Source of the DNA: the human T2T-CHM13v2.0 reference genome, Homo sapiens | NCBI RefSeq assembly: GCF_009914755.1 | Contig: NC_060931.1 | DNA length: 64,000 bases | Reading direction: 5' to 3' (one strand) | Shown here: positions 43,685 through 57,707 of the stretch, piece by piece | Layout of the letters: the number at the start of each line of letters is the position of its first letter | Position numbering within the stretch: the stretch's first letter is position 1 | Notes under the pieces: generated by a model | The model's input: the letters and a program-made list of their open reading frames with translations, nothing else | Told to the model about the DNA's origin: nothing | Database searches by the model: none | Made by a program: the position numbers and the translations under genes

Positions 43685-43828
43685 ACTCCCAAGGACCTTG
43701 TTTCAGATTATCTTAAAACCAGAGTTCACTGATCTCACATTTTAAAAAGAAAAAAGTTTGTTAACTGTTTTAATCAATATGAGTAGTAACAAACATCCCT
43801 AATTGGATTCTAGAGAGGAAGCAGGGAA

Positions 43829-44128
43829 GGCCAGGTGCGGTGGCTCATGCCTGTAATCCCAGCACTTTGGGAGGCCAAGGCGGGTGGATCACGAGGTCAG
43901 GAGTTCAAGACCAGCCTAGCCAACATAGTGAAACCCCCGTCTCTACTAAAAATACAAAAAATTAGCCAGGCATGGTGGCAGGTGCCTGTAATCCCAACTA
44001 CTTGGGAGGCTGAGGCAGAGAATTGCTTGAACCCGGGAGGCAGAGGATGCAGTGAGCTGAGATCGCACCACTGCACTCCAGCCTGGGCAACAGAGCGAGA
44101 CTCCATCTCAAAAAAAAAAAAAAAAAAA
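43829..44128 (+). mobile_element. AluSg-like inside the CYP51A1 3'UTR (antisense to the mRNA)
   Basis: Full dimer; TSD ggaagcagggaa. Confidence 0.9.
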
Positions 44129-44558
44129 GGAAGCAGGGAACAACTGAGCCAAAACAAAATTATCCCCTAAGGACTTGACTTTGGACTTCCACATAAATGT
44201 GACCTTGTAGAACTAGATACATATTTATCAGGTAAATAAATATGTAATTATTTAGTAATTAGATCAAGATACATGAGCAGTCTTTAGCATTAATAATTAC
44301 ATTATTTTTAGGAACTCTTATCAAATATGGTCCTGGATCTCTTAATTTCCCATATGCAGTGATTTTAGTTAAAATTCCAAAGGATTTCTTTTTCCTATAA
44401 TATCTCCATTTCTGAGTATCATCATACCAAAACAATTAGTATTCTCTTATTCAAGGCTTTAGATGTTCGATTATTCCCTACCCTTCCATCCTCACACACA
44501 CAATAATTGCCCAGATAAATAATAATAAACTGTGGTTTCCAAGTATCTCACTGGGATT

Positions 44559-44564
44559 TTTATT
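44559..44564 (-). terminator. CYP51A1: Candidate proximal CYP51A1 poly(A) signal AATAAA
   Basis: tttatt on + strand about 380 nt past the stop. Confidence 0.5.
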
Positions 44565-44945
44565 CTTTATACCTTGCAGGACTAGTCCAAGATTTGAATA
44601 CCCTGAACTTATTTGGCAAGAGCGATGAGTACTCTTAAAATTACTATCTGGAAATTATATTATTTAGAATCTGCCAATTACCTAGATCCCCCCTCAACAA
44701 TTGTTTCACCAAGGAACTTCCTGAAAGCACATGTATAAGTATCATAACTATTAGAAAATGTTTCAAATGCTATTATATTTGATAGAACCATTCAGTTAAC
44801 AAAATCCTAAATCATAAACTGGCTTTTAGAATTACACACTTAAAAAAACAGTAAACTACAAGAGTTGTTTTGTACACTTCATTCTCTTCGAATGCCTTTG
44901 TGGCTTACAGTGATAATCACATATATTCGTTCCTTGCAACCTTTT

Positions 44946-45124
44946 TCATTTTGATCTTCGTTTGTAACGGATAACTGGGTTTTCAGGGGTGTGAATCATA
45001 GTTGTATAATTCACAGTGGGAAAGTATCCATCAATGAGATCAAATTCATATAAACGAAGCATAGTGGACCAAATTGTCTTAATTTGAACATAGGCAAAAT
45101 TTTCCCCAATACAACGATGACGCC
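44946..45124 (-). CDS. CYP51A1: CYP51A1 exon 10, coding part (GRHRCIGE...YKRRSK*)
   Basis: ttag|GGC acceptor, heme-ligand Cys, TGA at 44948-44946. Confidence 0.96.
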
Positions 45125-45549
45125 CTAAAAAAAAGAAAAAGTTATAAGAATCAGTTTAAATTCTTTCTCATCCTTTTTAGCCTGGGGTGATATTATCTAC
45201 ATTTTAGATGAACAGCAAATGTACAGATAATATAATAAAAAGATGACATTCTTTTCACATAAAACAACATGAATTATTAAAAATTCCAGGAGATTTTCAA
45301 TACCACATTTTAGGAAAACAGTACTTGACTGATCACATAACTTTTCCAATTACTTTTTCTGAAAATATATATCTGGGTTAAATATATGGAAAGTTTGAAT
45401 CATAAGATGGTAATCTAGTTTGGGAATATAGTAGAATATTCTGTTTGTCCCAAGAAAGCCCTAGTTAAAAGTCAATATGAAAACCTTCCAATCAAACCTC
45501 AAATGTCATTATAAATGTATGGAAGAAAATGAGATTTAATGAACCCAAA

Positions 45550-46480
45550 ATAATATACTAAAAAGTCACACCCATGTAGAAACTGACAAGCTGATTCTAA
45601 AATGCATATAAAAATGCAAAGGACCTAGGATATCCAAAGCAATCTTGGAAAAAGAACTGAGTTGGAGGACATAAAACTGATTTCAAATCTGACTTCAAGA
45701 CTAAAGATAAAACAGAGTGGTACTAGGTAAGGATCAACAAATAGATCAATGGAACAGAGCAGAGAGCCCAGAACAGAATATTTTTATGGTTATTTGATTA
45801 TCAGTACAGACACCAAAGCAAGCCAATGAGGAAAAGCAAGTCTTTTCAACATAAGGTCCAGGAATAACTAGATATTACATGGGGGAAAAATGAAATTCAA
45901 CTCCTATGTCACACCATAATCAAATACTAATTCAAGAAGGGTCACAAACCATGATGCTAACAGCATAAATTTCAGTAGAGAAGAACAGGAGAATATCTTC
46001 ATGACTCAGGGGCTAAGCAAAAATTTTAAGACAGGGCCAGAAAGCAATAACCATTTAAAAGATTGATACATTGGACTAAACTAAAGGTTATTCATTTGTC
46101 AAAACTCAATGAATGTTGACTTAAGATTTGGGCATTTCATTGCAAGATTTTTCATCAAAAGAAAAAACCTAAACTGATAGTGCTTAGCACAGTGCTTGCT
46201 TGGCCCATAACTGTACTTATTTCTAGGAGTGACATTTAAGATGAGCATTTACAAATTGGTCCATATTTCAAATATAACAACTAAAGAGAAGCTTGGCTTA
46301 CAGGAAGAATAGTCCAAGGATTTAATCGCAACAAGCAAGAAGTATCCTAATTGAATCAACATAAGAGTAGATAAATTCTGATGATTCACAAAATGTAATA
46401 TTATGAAAATGAATGAACTATATGCACCAACATAAATAAACAGCACAATTACGAGGTAAAAGAATGAGTAAAGAAATTAG
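45550..46480 (+). mobile_element. Old L1M fragment
   Basis: gacaagctgattctaaaa and gatcaatggaacagagcagagagcccaga ORF2-derived motifs. Confidence 0.65.
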
Positions 46481-46514
46481 AGACATGTAATGTGATATTT
46501 AACAAGATTAACGT

Positions 46515-46947
46515 AAGATCATATATCCCCCCATAAATTCAAGTCCATCCAGAACCTTAGAATGTGATCTTAATTGGGAAATAGGATCTTTATATACACA
46601 ATTATTTAAGATGAGATGACCCTGACTTAGGGTAGGACTTAGATCCAATGACTGGTGTCCTTATAAGAATGCCATGTTAAGATACAGAGACATGAACAAG
46701 AAGAAAGCCTGTTGAAGACAGGGGTAGTAATTGGAACAATGTAGTTACAAGCCAAGGGTTGCCAAGAGCCACCAGAAGCTAGGAAGATGCAAGGAAGGAT
46801 TCTCCTGTAGAACCTTAAGGAGGAGCACGGTCCTGCCAATACCTTGATTTCACACTTCCAGCCTCCAAAACTGTGATAGAATATATTTCTATTGTTTTAA
46901 GCCACCCATATTGTAATTAGTTACAGAAGCCCTAGGAAACTAACACA
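46515..46947 (+). mobile_element. MLT1 (MLT1B-like) MaLR solo LTR
   Basis: gaatgtgatcttaattgg, ccagaagctaggaag, gttttaagccaccc...ctaggaaactaacaca. Confidence 0.8.
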
Positions 46948-47268
46948 AAGATTGAAAAAAAGATGGAGGAGACATTATATCTGTACTCAAATACCTCATA
47001 CAATATAAGTTCAGAGACTATGGTTAGGACCAACTATAAATGAGATGTTAAAAAGAAACATTTCAGCTTTAACATAAGGCTCTAAAAATGACAGCTGTCC
47101 AAACATAGAATGAGCCATCATAAAAGGTAACTGAACAACCCACAACCCATTTCTAGTAAAGTTCAAGTGGAAACCAGATAATTACTAGTTTAGAAACGAT
47201 TCCTCTTTGGGGCAGAATTTGGGCTACAGAACTAATGCTCTTCCCATCTGTTAACAATCTGATTCTTT

Positions 47269-47559
47269 GGCCAGGTGGCATGGCTCACGCCTGTAATCCC
47301 AGCACTGTGGGAGGCCAAGGTGGGCAGATTGCTTCAAGCCTGGAATTCGAGACCAGCCTGGCCAACATGGCAAAACCCAGTCTCTACTAAAAGCTCAAAA
47401 ATTAGCTGAGCGTGGTGGTACACACCTGTAATCCCAGCTACTCAGGAGGCTAAGGCACGAGAATTACTTGAACCCAGAGGTGGAGGTTGCAGTGAGCTGA
47501 GAGATTGTGCCACTGCACTCCAGACTGGGTGACAGAGCAAGACTCTCTCAAAAAAAAAA
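47269..47559 (+). mobile_element. AluJb/Sx-like
   Basis: Full dimer; TSD tgattcttt. Confidence 0.85.
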
Positions 47560-48322
47560 CTATGATTCTTTTATATATTGTGTTATACACCACAGTATTA
47601 AATTTATTACATAAAGTTAAGATCTGAAGTTCCCAAAGGACTTTATATTTTCCTTTATATGTGGAAAAAGTGTGACCAATGACAAGTCATCTGTCATTTA
47701 AATGATCCCTTTGGAAAGACTAAAGCATAGAATATAGTTTAATCAGTACAGAGAACCAATGGACAGAGAAATTACTGGAGAAACAAGGGTATAGCTAAAT
47801 TATTTTAGGATCTTACTGGAAATGAAATTTGCAAGCCTACACACAACCTGCCCAAATTTAAAGACCATTTTCTCATACGGATATTCAGAGAGCAAAAATG
47901 TTGACTAACGATCGAGAAGAGCTTTAATTTTAAAAGACTGCCTTTGCTTTTTTGTGAAATGCTAGTAATCTGTTATTCCCTGAATGGTGTGCTGACTCCA
48001 ATGGTTCTTTAAAAGAGAATCCACAAAGAGCTTTAAATACCATTGTAAGGGAAAACAAGGATGTTCTATAAAAATTAGACCTAATAAAACCAGACAGGTT
48101 AGGAAGTAGTGAAGCATTATATAAGGATTTATGGAACAATTCCATTTGGTACAAAGGAAATATTTTTCTCCAACTTATAAAGATTCTTCTCCTAAAAAAG
48201 TTTGCAAAAATGTCCCTATGAGGAAAGGGAGAGATAATTTGTAAACACAATTCGGAATATTTTGACAGAGACAAATATGTTATCAGAACAAACATTTCCA
48301 ATCTAAAATATAATCATCTTAC

Positions 48323-48491
48323 CAGCTCCAAATGGCACATAGGCAAACTTTTCCCCTGATGCTGGGTTATCCTGTAAGTAGCGATCAGGATTAAAGTCCA
48401 GGCGTTCTACCCATGAGTCTTTAAGTCTTTGATTGACAGTGGGAGAAACACACACCTGATGTCCTGGAGGAATGGTATACCCTGCCACAGT
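48323..48491 (-). CDS. CYP51A1: CYP51A1 exon 9 ([10 protein letters not shown]...YVPFGA)
   Basis: atag|ACT, CTG|gtaaga, 169 nt, phase 0/1. Confidence 0.96.
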
Positions 48492-48589
48492 CTATAAACA
48501 AAAGCCACACATTTCATTAGAGAATTTAAAAATGTGCTGACAAATAATCAGATCATTGTGTAATAAAGCATGAATATACATGGGATACT

Positions 48590-48686
48590 CAGATGCTCCT
48601 TGACTTATGATAGGTTTACATCCTGATAAATCCATCATAAAGTCAAAAAATTATAAGTTGAATCACATAAATCAAGAACCATCTGT
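48590..48686. mobile_element. Miniature Tigger-type element (MER47-like)
   Basis: About 97 bp with inverted ends cagatgctccttgactta...aatcaagaaccatctg. Confidence 0.6.
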
Positions 48687-48878
48687 ACATATATTTAAAA
48701 ACTGGCTAGATAATAGGCAAACTAAAAATTATTTTAACTCAAGATGATTTCCAGTGAGCCAGCGTTGGGTTGGAAGTACACAGTACACAAATCAAACCCA
48801 TAATGCCTTGGAGGTAGGGTTGGAATTTCAGAGAGGCTTTCACTATCAATTTGTACACTTCATATTAACAATTTTTTA

Positions 48879-49348
<470 letters not shown>

Positions 49349-49379
49349 TTAGGTAGAAGTGATTATTCTACTTTTTTAA

Positions 49380-49738
<359 letters not shown>

Positions 49739-49799
49739 TATTTCTTCTTTTTGATAAAAACTGGGGGTATAGAGGGGAAGATGTAGCCAAGATACTCAC

Positions 49800-49895
49800 C
49801 TGAGGAGTTCTGGCCATTCTCATCATGATCATTATAGGAGGTCTAAGTCTTAATGTTTCTTTTATACAGCGATCAAGTAAATTTAGATCCTTGAG
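49800..49895 (-). CDS. CYP51A1: CYP51A1 exon 8 ([20 protein letters not shown]...RTPQ)
   Basis: ttag|CTC, CAG|gtgagt, 96 nt; K-helix ExxR. Confidence 0.96.
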
Positions 49896-50099
49896 CTAAA
49901 ATGAGAAAGCATTTCCTGATTGTTATAAATAACATACTTCAACAGTACAAAAAATTAGTTTAACTTCTTAGTTAGTACAAGACAGCTTGCATTCCAGCTA
50001 AAAGTACAGAGGTAACTGGTTCAGGGTGGCTGGGGTTATCATGCTCTACCACTGTCCATGGTGAAAAAGGAGGGCAAGGTAACAGAAGCGATTGCCCTG

Positions 50100-53000
50100 A
50101 AGAATGAAGTAAGAACCTACAAAAATTCACTCCTCCAAAAAATGAAAACAGTAGCAACAATCTTAATGTCAACTTTTTCAAAATTCTGGAAGATTAACCA
50201 AAGGCTTGCAACAATCTAAGGAGAGTTAATTCAAGAAAAAGAAATCTGAATCTTGGTAAGAAGAGTAAGCTTTGTGGTAGTGTAAGTTGTATTTCTTTCA
50301 TCCTCCTCTCCCCAAATCCATGGTAGCCCCGGAAACCAACAGCATGACAACTATAGCAGCTGTGAAAGCCAGAAGCCTAACAACTATTAGAGGAGCCAGA
50401 GCAAATTTTCCAAAAATATTTAGCAAAAATTGTTTAACACTGAAGGCGCCTGAGATGGTGATATCAGTTGGTGCTAAGAGACAGAACAAGAAGTTTAAAA
50501 GGGAAAACTGGGGAGTAAGATGTCCACAGGAGACTTTGAAAAGTTCCAACATAAGAGAATCTTGAAGGCCACACATATGTATAAGACCATGCATATGCCC
50601 AGGTAAGATCTAAGAGGCTGTAATCTTTTACCTCTGGCTGACCTGTACACACAGGTAGTGAAGGCAGACTTGTAACTGCCTGTTGGAGTGTTAATAACAT
50701 CCCCTAACACACACATACAGAGCCTTTCAGCAAAAGCTAGGAGACTGGCTGTTCAAAGCACTTCAGTAAATCTCTGTCCAAATATTAGATGCCCACTAAA
50801 GTAAGCAAGCAGAGATTTCAGTGACCTCACTGAACAAGGAATGACATAATTAATCCAGGAAACGCAGTAAACAAACAGCAGCAGCAACAACAACAACAAC
50901 AAAGAGCCAGCAACAATAAACCCAGGGAGGAGGGCATCTGATTTCCACAGTTGCCACATTATTTTAAATGTACAGTTTTCAACAAAAAAATTACAAAAAA
51001 CACACCAAAACAGGAAAGTATGGCCAGTACATAGAAAAAGCAAGCAGTTTAATAGAAACTATCCATGAAGAAGCCCAGACATTGGACTTACTAGATAATG
51101 AATTTAAATCAGCTATTATAAACAGGTTCAAAGAACTATAGCAAAATATGCCTAGATATCTCTAGTAAAATGGAGAATATCAATATATTATTTTTTTAGA
51201 GAACCAAATAGAAATTCAAGAACTGAGAAGTATGAGAACTGAAATGAAAAATTCACCCGAGGGGATCAACAGCAGATTTGGACTGGCAGAAGAAAGAATA
51301 ACATCAAAAAAATAACAATAATAAAATACTTAAGAATACATTTAACAAGAGAAGTTTAAACATTGTGCACCAAAAACTATAAAACATTGTTGAAAGAAAT
51401 TAAAGAACTAAAATAAGAGAAAGACATCTCATGTTCACAGATTTAAAGACTAAAATTGTGCTCCCAAATTAATATGGCGATACAATGCAATCATTGTCAA
51501 AAATCTCAGCTAGCTTCTTTGCAGAAACTGACACACTGACCCCAAAATTCATATGGAAACTAAAGGGACTAGGAGTAGATAAACAGCCTTGAAAAGGACA
51601 AAGTCAGAGGACTCACACTCCCGAATTCAAAACTTATTACAAAACTACGTAATGGCATCAGACTAAACATATCAATGGAATAGAACTGAGTCCAGAAATA
51701 AAGCCTTAAATTTATGGTCAAGAGGCTTTTTAAAATGTATTTATTTTTTCAGAGACAGGGTTTCGCTATGTTGCCCAGGCTGGACCCCAAGTCCTGAGCT
51801 CAAGCGACCTTCCCATCTCAGCTTCTCAGTAGCTGAGAATACAGGCACGTGCCACTGCGCCTGGCTATAATAGATTTTTTTACAAAGACAATTCAACGTG
51901 GAAAAAATAGTCTTTTCAACAAACAGTGTGGGACAACTGGATAAACACATGCAAAAGAATGATGACCTCACATCATATACATAAATTAATTCATAATGGA
52001 TCAAAGACCTAAATGTAAGATATGAAACTACAAAACACTAAGAAGAATACACAGAAATAAATCTTCATACACTTTGATTAGGCATTAGTTTCTCTGACAC
52101 CAAAAGCACATTAAAAAAAAATAGATGAACTCTTACAACTCAATAATAAAAAGACAACTCATTTTAAATATGGGAACAGGATGTGAGCAGACATTTCTCC
52201 AAAGAAGTATACCAAAGCCAAAGAACACATCATAAGACACTCAACATCACTAGTCACCAGGGAAATGCAAAATCAAAACAAAATACCAACTGGGCATGGT
52301 GGCTCACACCTGTAATCCCAGCACTTTGGGAGGCCAAGGCGGGCAGATGACTTGAGGTCAGGAGTTCAAGACCAGCCTGGCCAATATGGTACAACCTTGT
52401 CTCTACCAAAAATACAAAAATTAGCCAGGCGTGGTGGTGTGTACCCAGCTACTTGGGAGGCTGAGGAAGGAGAATAGCTTGAACCTGGGAAGCCGAGGTT
52501 GCAGTAAGCCAAGGTCGCGCCATTGCACTAGAGCCTGGGCATCACACCAAGACTCTGTCTCAAAAAAAAAAAAAAAAGTATCACTTCACACCTATTATAA
52601 TAAAAAAATCAAGTAACAAGTTTGGTGAGGGGGTGAAGTCAGGACCAACATATACTGTTTAGTGAGATTTGAAAGTGGTGCAGCCACTTTTTAAAACAGT
52701 CTGGCAGTTCTTCAAAGTTACCTTATAACCCAGCAATTCTACTCCTAGGTATGACCCCCCAAAATTGAAAACACATGTCCACATAAAATCAGTACACAAA
52801 CGTTTAGAGCGGCATTATTCATAATAGTTTAAAAGGTGGAAACAACTCAAATGTCCATCAACTGATGAACAAATAAACAAAATGTGGTCTATCCATATAA
52901 TGGAATATTATTGGTAATAACAAAGACTGAAGTACTGATACATGCTACAACATGGAAGAACCCTGATAACATGCTAAGTGAAACAAGGTAGTCACAAAAG

Positions 53001-53870
53001 ACTACAAATTGTATGATCCCATTTACATGAAATATCCAGAATAGGCAAACTCACAGAGGCAAAAGGAGATTAATGGTTGCCAGGGGCAGCAGTCAGGGAG
53101 AATGAAGCATGACTGCTAATGGGTACCAGCTCTCTTTTGGGAGTGATGTAAATGTTCTAAAATTAAATTATGATGATGGTTTCCCAACTCTTAATATGCT
53201 AAAAACCACAAAGTGTACATTTTAAATGGATGGATTTATGCTATGTAAATATATCAGTTAAGCTGTTATTTTAAGTTACTAAAAACAAGAATGAGTGTTG
53301 AGACATCACTACTGAGCTTACAGAAATAAAAAGGATTATGAGAATACTATGAACAATTGTATGCCAACAAATTAGGTAACCTAGATGAAATGGACAAATT
53401 CCTAGAGAGATATAAACTACTGAAACTGACATAAGAAGAAATGGAATATCTGAATAAACCTGTAACAAATAAATTGAATTAGTAAGTAAAGTCTTCTCAG
53501 AAAGAAAAGCACAGATCTAGATGATTTCACTGCTGAATTTTTGCAAATATGTAAAAAAGGATTAACACCAATCATCCACAAACTCTTCCAAAAATTAGAA
53601 GAAAAAAAGAATACTTCCAAATACATTCTATGAGATGAGTATGATCCTGATATCAAAACCAGTCAAAGACATCACAGTGAAACTAGAGATCAATATCCTT
53701 TATGAATATAGATGCAAAAATCCTCAACAAAACACCAGCAAGTTTATATGTAGTAACATATAGAAAGAACTATGCACCATGACAAAGTAGGATTTATCCC
53801 AGGAATACAATTAACATCTGAAAATCAGTGTAATGTGCCATATTAATATAGGACCAAAAGCACAAAAGAT
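50100..53870 (+). mobile_element. Old L1M (L1MB/MC-type) pieces with nested FLAM (51718-51866, -) and Alu (52290-52577, +)
   Basis: ORF1/ORF2-like stretches such as gatgaaatggacaaattcctaga and gatgcaaaaatcctcaacaaa, plus 3'UTR motifs. Confidence 0.7.
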
Positions 53871-54399
53871 AACAGGAAGATGACATCACCAAGGTTTGCT
53901 TCCAAGATGGAATGTCAGGTTGTGCAGTGAGTTGTCCTCTCTTCCTTTCCACCCAGCAAGTTGCATGTAGTATTTGTAAATGTCTTGTCCTCATTACTAC
54001 TACTACTACTACTTTTAGAAGTCTCTGCTCATGCCCAGGCCACTCTGGACATACAGAATTCTAAGTAATTCAGAGGCTTCTACACTTCATAAGACACACA
54101 ACATGCACATAATATCCTCTATGTACAGAAGCCAGACTTTGAAGCAGAGGAAGTAAGTACCAAAGAAACATCCCCAAGGATCTCTAAGCCATCAACCCAA
54201 AACATATCTGATAAAGCTTAATGGCAAGAAGCAATAACATTAAGATATTTTAGGTAAGGTTATAGGGAATTTGCTAAAAATAGAGAAGCTGATCAATTTA
54301 AGCTATAGTATATAGAAAATCTCAAATTGTCCCTTTTAAAAATTAGCCACAGATCCTCAAAGTCATAAGGCAGCAATGAAACTGAAAAATCCAACAAAC

Positions 54400-54595
54400 C
54401 TGGTCATAAGTTAAAGGAGGCAGATTCTCTCCACAGACTGTTTTCTGTTCTAAATAACATTTTTTTTGAAGTGTTTTGTCTCTGGCCAAAAAGAAGCCCA
54501 TCCAAGCACTAGTAGTTGAGGATGTATGCTGCCCTGCCAAGAGTAATCCAATAAGCATCCCTGCTACTTCATCATCAGTCAAAGGACGCCCATCC
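54400..54595 (-). CDS. CYP51A1: CYP51A1 exon 7 (DGRPLTDDE...AGQHTS...LTYDQ)
   Basis: ttag|GGA, CAG|gtttgt, 196 nt; I-helix motif. Confidence 0.96.
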
Positions 54596-55013
54596 CTAAG
54601 GAATGAACCAAAGACACAAATTTAACATTTTGGCAGATACATTTCATGCCTCAACCTTTAAATAAAGTGTCATAATGAATACATTTTTCAGGTATAGTGG
54701 TCTCTTATATTTGACTATCACAAGTCAAGAGTTTTTTTTCTCTTAGGGAAGAGACAGACCAGCACAAAACGATTTTGATTACAAAAGACTCCATTACAGT
54801 TCATTAGCAAACTTTTACCATACCCAGTCACTGGGATTACAGTAAGACACAGGATGCCAATAGTTTATGTCTCAACAATTTAAAGAGTCCAAAGATCACA
54901 GCTACCAACTTATTTTGCCAGCATCACTGTTTTTTAACTGGAAATACTATTTAACTGTGTTTTAATGTGTAATTTCCTGCTTCAGCTTAATATGTTATCT
55001 GAATAGCTCTTAC

Positions 55014-55133
55014 TTGTATGTAGCATCTAGTAAAGTTTGGAGAATGTCATCAATTTTTTCTTGAGACTGTCTGCGTTTCTGGATTGCCTTATAGAAAATA
55101 TCCTTGATTTCCCGATGAGCTCTGTCCCTGCGT
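55014..55133 (-). CDS. CYP51A1: CYP51A1 exon 6 (RRDRAHRE...LDATYK)
   Basis: acag|ACG, CAA|gtaaga, 120 nt, phase 2/2. Confidence 0.95.
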
Positions 55134-56141
55134 CTGTAATTAAAAGATAAAGATGATTTTCTTAAATAAAGAAATAACCTTCTAGGATCAAATTCATTTT
55201 GAGAACCAGGACCGAGCATAAAGCATCTTATTTAACCAACTTTAATGACTCTAAAATAATTGACAAAAAAATCAGAACCAGGAACATACTGGAAGTCATG
55301 AAAATCTTACATTGTTAAAAATGTCCATAGTCCCTAAGGGCAAGAACTGTGCTTTATTTAACATATATATCCCAGATTCTTAACACATTGCCTGTGTTCA
55401 AACTAAAGGCCTAAAACAAGCAAGAAATTCCTTTAGAAGTATTTTCCAGTTCAACAGAAAGTAGGATACTCTTTTAAATTAACATAAAATTCCAATTTTA
55501 ATACCAAATCAAGTCTTAAAGCAGAAGAGTCACTCTGGTTCTTCCATGGAATCTGGTTCTACTTTTCACTTTCTAATACAATAGTTTTTTGTAGGGGGTG
55601 AAAATACTAGCAGATTCAGAAAACAAGCTTCAACTCCTAAACTTTACCTTTAAATAGTATGTTCACTATGTAGCAGGTACCATGTTAAGTGTTTTACATG
55701 AATTACTCACTTTTATCTTCCTGTGAGGTACATACTATTAACCTCAAGTTATAGCTAGCTGCATAAGATCACACAGAAAGCAAACATTGGAGCTGGAATT
55801 TAAAACTAGGCAGTCTGACTCCCAAGCCCCCTCTTAAATCAAGCCTTCTAAAAAAAACTCCTACTCTGTTTCATTTACAAGACTGTTAATCTGTTATTGA
55901 GGATCAACTGAAACCATGTGTACAGAAGAGAAGATGTTGGGGCTTAACTGTATGAATACAGTCGAACCAGGAAAACATAGGCCTGTTTAAGAAAGTGAAT
56001 TGAATAATCTGGTTAAATTAGTTGGTATGAGTAGAAGAAAGAAAGACTGGGCCAGAATGTGAAGGGCCTAACATAGCAAGCTCTGACTTCATCCAAGAGA
56101 CAGAGCAGGTAGAAACAGGCAGGTAGAAATGTACATTTATG

Positions 56142-56444
<303 letters not shown>

Positions 56445-56993
56445 GAAATGCACATTTATGGAGAACCCACTATGAGTCCAGGGCTGTGCTGGGTGTTCTA
56501 ATATAAGATATATGAAAACATTTTGAAACTGCAAAGCTCCTTGCAAATATAAGGTATGATGAGTTCCAGAGAACTTTAGGGAATCTCTCCTGGCTCTTCC
56601 TTTTACTCCCACCCCTCTTCCAATCTGTAACTAGATAGAGGGGGCAGAAATAGAAGAAAAGGGACTAGCAATCTATCTCCTCCCCATCTGTCACCTAAAC
56701 ACCAATAAATCAACAAAAGTACAGAAAGCCTACTAATATGCAAAACACTAAGCACTAAGCTATAGATCAAGTCCTAAGAGCAATATTTCTTTATATCAGA
56801 GGCAGTCCCTGTCCTTAAGAAACAGAAAATTAAATAAAGGCACAAATATTTAAAACAAAGAAACTTCACAATACAATAAAAAGCCACCAAAGATTTCAAA
56901 CAAGTGCTAGAGAAGAGCTGTATCACTTTTAGGTATAGTTCAGAGACTTTCCTGAGGATAAGGAATACGTGAGGTAAGCAGGCTTTTAAACTA

Positions 56994-57295
56994 GGCTGGG
57001 CTCAGTGGCTCACGCCTGTAATCCTAACACTTTGGGAGGCTGAGGCAGGTGGATCACCTGAGGTCAGGAGTTTGAAACCAGCCTGGCCAACATGATGAAA
57101 CCCTGTCTCTACTAAAAATAGAAAAATTAGTTGGGCATGGTGGCACGTGCCTGTAGTCCCAGCTCTCAGGAGGATGAGGCAGGAGAATTGCTTGAACACA
57201 GGAGGCAGAGACTGCAGTGAGCCGAGATCACACCACTGCACTACAGCTGGGGCAACAGAGCAAGACTCCATCTCAAAAACAAAAACATAAATAAA
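56994..57295 (+). mobile_element. AluSx-like
   Basis: Full dimer. Confidence 0.88.
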
Positions 57296-57532
57296 ATATT
57301 AGACTAGACAGACAACAAATCACCTTTTTAATAAACTGAAACTTACTTTAAATGAGCTCATTATATAAAGAAAATTTGTCTTGAATTCTTATAGAAGAAA
57401 GGGGATTCATAATCTTACCCATTTTGTATGTTTTACTTGTTTAATTTTTATCTTTGTTAAGGCAAAGCATACCAACACTACAATAATTATACAAAGTTAA
57501 ATAACCTAGTGTAATATATTCTTTATCCATAC

Positions 57533-57707
57533 CTGAAACTAGGCAAAGGCAGCCAACCTGGTAAGAGCCAGGCTGCATGGCTGAAACCTCCATCCAAATC
57601 TGCATACAGCTGTGCTACCTTTTCATTGAGTTGACTTCTGATTTCCTTTCCATGCAAACAATGGCTAGCTGTTAAAATTATGAGCTCAGAAAGAGCTTCA
57701 AACACAT
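57533..57707 (-). CDS. CYP51A1: CYP51A1 exon 5 (NVFEALSE...LPSFR)
   Basis: ctag|ATG, CAG|gtatgg, 175 nt, phase 1/2. Confidence 0.95.

Noticed and set aside
47930-48301. 123-aa minus-strand ORF just after CYP51A1 exon 9
   Set aside because: Exon 9 read-through stops at 48303; the ORF is AT-rich intronic sequence with no recognisable homology.
50287-51043. Cluster of overlapping ORFs and a short CAG/CAA run
   Set aside because: Lies in decayed L1M sequence; the triplet run is short and non-coding.
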